Assembly (NCBI GenBank): GCA_965248755.1
Contig: OZ252149.1
Location: 896,001-960,000, forward strand
DNA length: 64,000 nt
Source: Candidatus Latescibacterota bacterium
GTDB lineage: Bacteria > Latescibacterota > CBDEFO01
Direction of reading: 5' to 3'
Shown: positions 61,857 to 64,000 of the stretch, one piece after another
Numbering within the stretch: position 1 is the first letter of the stretch
How the letters are laid out: each line of letters begins with the position of its first letter
Program-made: the position numbers and the translations under genes
The notes under the pieces: generated by a model
Databases searched by the model: none
Seen by the model: the letters and a program-made list of their open reading frames with translations, nothing else
Told to the model about the DNA's origin: nothing

Positions 61857-63425
61857 ATGGAATTGCCTCCTCGTAGCTGTGACACACGCCACACCCCATC
61901 CGGTGTGAGTCTGTTCAGGCGCCTGAGAGTCGCTCTAGGCCTGCTAATTGGCCTGCGAAAACCTGACTTCCAGGCGGCCGGCACGTACGTGAAGAAGCGC
62001 TACGGCGACCAGCCCTTCGTCTTGCGATGGTGCCGCTTCCTAGCATGGTGCCTGTATCAGATGTTCGTCGCCATCCCCGGAGGCATGCAGCACCTGACGA
62101 TCGACAGAAAGGTTTCTTCCACGCCCATGTGGCTGCTGGATGTCAACCCGCTGGAAAACCATCCGTGGCAGAAGGAACCGGCGACAACCTTACCTGATGA
62201 GGCTGATACTGTAGTTATCGGCGCGGGCTTCACGGGAGCCGCACTGGCGTACCACTGGTCGAAGAAGGCGCCGCCACATCGGCTCATGGTCGTGCTGGAG
62301 ATGGACGATCCGGCCAGCGGCAGTTCCGGCCGCAACGAAGGGCTGGTCGTCATGGGCAGGTACTTTAAGATGGTTCGGGACACGGTTCTCCAGAACCTGG
62401 GTCATGTCCGCCGGGATCTGACTGATACCGAGCGCGACCAACTGTCCAGACAGTTCGCCTCTGCTTACTGCCGCGCAGCGTACAACAACGCTGACCTAAT
62501 CGAAAAGACCATAGAGGCCGAGGGCTTTGACTGCAATTATGTGCGCGCTGGATGGGTGCAGTCCAGAGACGGCCATGAGCAGGAATCACTGCAAGAGTCA
62601 GTGAAAATGGCGCTGGCTACCGGCTTTACCGACTGGACTGACATCACGCCCGAAGAGGCCCTTGACAAGTCGGGCATGCAGCTTGAGCACAACGCCGGTT
62701 TTTCACTGGCAGCCGCATCGTGGCATCCTGCCAAGTGGGTCTGGTCCCTGCTCCAATCCGCTCTGAGCACGACATCTGTCCAACTGTTCACGCGCACAAG
62801 AGTAACCTCTGTGGAAGACCAGGGCGAACATTACGTAGTCCACACACAGCGCGGGCCGATCCGGGCGAGCCACGTAGTTTATGCCACCGAGTCCTACACA
62901 CCCGGATTACTGCAGCAATTCCACGACGCGATCCTCCCGTTGCAGGAACAGGCCGCCAGCGGTAACGGTGGGCCGGAGACGATGAAGCCACACGTCGGCA
63001 TCAGCGGTGCCTGGTTCTTCGCCGGCCGCTACGGAAAGAGGGTCTTATTCGGCTCTGGAGGGCCCCGCTTGCCCGATCACGAGGCTGGACGCAACAGGCC
63101 CTCGCGCTTCCTCACCAAGTTTCTGGCAGGCCAGATGAAGCGATATTACGGACCATACCAACTGCACATGACCCACGAGTGGAGCGGCACCGTTGGTTAC
63201 ACACCCGATGAGTATCCGGTCGTCGGCATAATTGACGGTAAAGGTCGGTACATCATTGGAGGCATGTGCGGCTCTGGCAGTAGCGTGTCGTTCAACAGCG
63301 GGCGCTGCATAGTGAACCGCATCCTGGGGATCACCGACGAGCCGGACGACTATCCCAAACCTTATTTTGCACCGAGCCGTTTACTTGATCCCGAGAATCA
63401 TCCCTGGCCCCAGATTGAGAAGTAG
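61857..63425 (+). CDS. FAD-dependent oxidoreductase (DAO/PuuB-like)
   Basis: VVIGAGFTG, GSSGRNEG, HPAK, WSGTVGYTPDEYPVVG. Confidence 0.88.
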   Translation: MELPPRSCDTRHTPSGVSLFRRLRVALGLLIGLRKPDFQAAGTYVKKRYGDQPFVLRWCRFLAWCLYQMFVAIPGGMQHLTIDRKVSSTPMWLLDVNPLENHPWQKEPATTLPDEADTVVIGAGFTGAALAYHWSKKAPPHRLMVVLEMDDPASGSSGRNEGLVVMGRYFKMVRDTVLQNLGHVRRDLTDTERDQLSRQFASAYCRAAYNNADLIEKTIEAEGFDCNYVRAGWVQSRDGHEQESLQESVKMALATGFTDWTDITPEEALDKSGMQLEHNAGFSLAAASWHPAKWVWSLLQSALSTTSVQLFTRTRVTSVEDQGEHYVVHTQRGPIRASHVVYATESYTPGLLQQFHDAILPLQEQAASGNGGPETMKPHVGISGAWFFAGRYGKRVLFGSGGPRLPDHEAGRNRPSRFLTKFLAGQMKRYYGPYQLHMTHEWSGTVGYTPDEYPVVGIIDGKGRYIIGGMCGSGSSVSFNSGRCIVNRILGITDEPDDYPKPYFAPSRLLDPENHPWPQIEK

Positions 63426-63702
63426 TGAAAAGATCAGGAGATTCCAGATCCGCATAGCACCCAAGCTTACCCTGCGTGGAGACGTTAAATACGCTGGACG
63501 ATCGTCTCAAGGACGAGCACTGAGAGCAGCTGTACGGTACCCTGTACGGAATGCGTTCGGGACAGAAATCCAGCCAGACACCTGTGGAAGCAGCGATCAA
63601 AGCCCGCCGATTCATCGACATTTTGGAAGGAAGATGGGTAGGAGACTAACCTATATAGACATATCTGGAAGATGGTCATGGTTACCGGGGCGAACAAGGA
63701 CG

Positions 63703-64000
63703 TTACGTGGAGTGCGACAGTTCGTCTTCCAACTGGCCCAGTCCCTCGTCCAGGATGCTGATCGCTTCGTCAATCTGTCTACGAGTGATGATAAGCGGGG
63801 GATAGAGACGCACGTCGTCACCGTTTATCCAGTCCGCGCCGCCGCCGGTGGCCCCCACAGATAACCCCTTGTCCAGGAGAATCTTACTTATGCGCTTGTT
63901 GACCCCCAGCCCTGCGGGAAAAGGCTCTTTGGTCGCACTATCGCGCACCAGTTCGATCCCGAGCATCAGTCCCTTGCCGCGAATTTCACCAACGCTTGGA
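63703..64000 (-). CDS. Class III aminotransferase, C-terminal part (5' end outside window)
   Basis: VGEIRGKGLMLGIELVRD..TKEPF..LYPPLII. Confidence 0.85.
   Translation of the reverse strand, partial: PSVGEIRGKGLMLGIELVRDSATKEPFPAGLGVNKRISKILLDKGLSVGATGGGADWINGDDVRLYPPLIITRRQIDEAISILDEGLGQLEDELSHST

Overview
Bacterial chromosomal window, probably from an uncultured FCB-group-related lineage (inferred only from an FlgD-Ig/Por-like C-terminal domain and DUF6785-type genes). It probably spans the replication origin: an intact dnaN-recF-dciA-gyrB-gyrA-ccdA-tlpA block (- strand, 37.2-46.3 kb) has no adjacent dnaA and diverges across an AT-rich gap from + strand housekeeping genes (2-hydroxyacid dehydrogenase, ltaE, NUDIX, tatC). 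The left ~37 kb is accessory and heavily decayed. It holds a TolB/IPT pseudogene cut by an IS3 remnant and pspA plus an unknown partner, each followed by an IS200/IS605-like miniature element. A tRNA-Arg(CCG) 3' fragment (att-like) precedes a Type I RM system with fused HsdM-HsdS. The most striking feature is a three-module [lipoprotein + M4/M36 metalloprotease] tandem array in which only the last protease is full length. Also present: a glycoside-hydrolase-like gene cleanly split by IS1380, a dead IS256, and a pseudogenised M28-peptidase/FtsX plus DUF6785/6784-like membrane system. Intergenic DNA carries several REP-like palindrome families, including a dispersed 21-bp CCCCGA..ATCGGGG element nested inside other repeats. 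No CRISPR array, rRNA or intact tRNA was seen. All calls come from manual motif reading; no searches were run.
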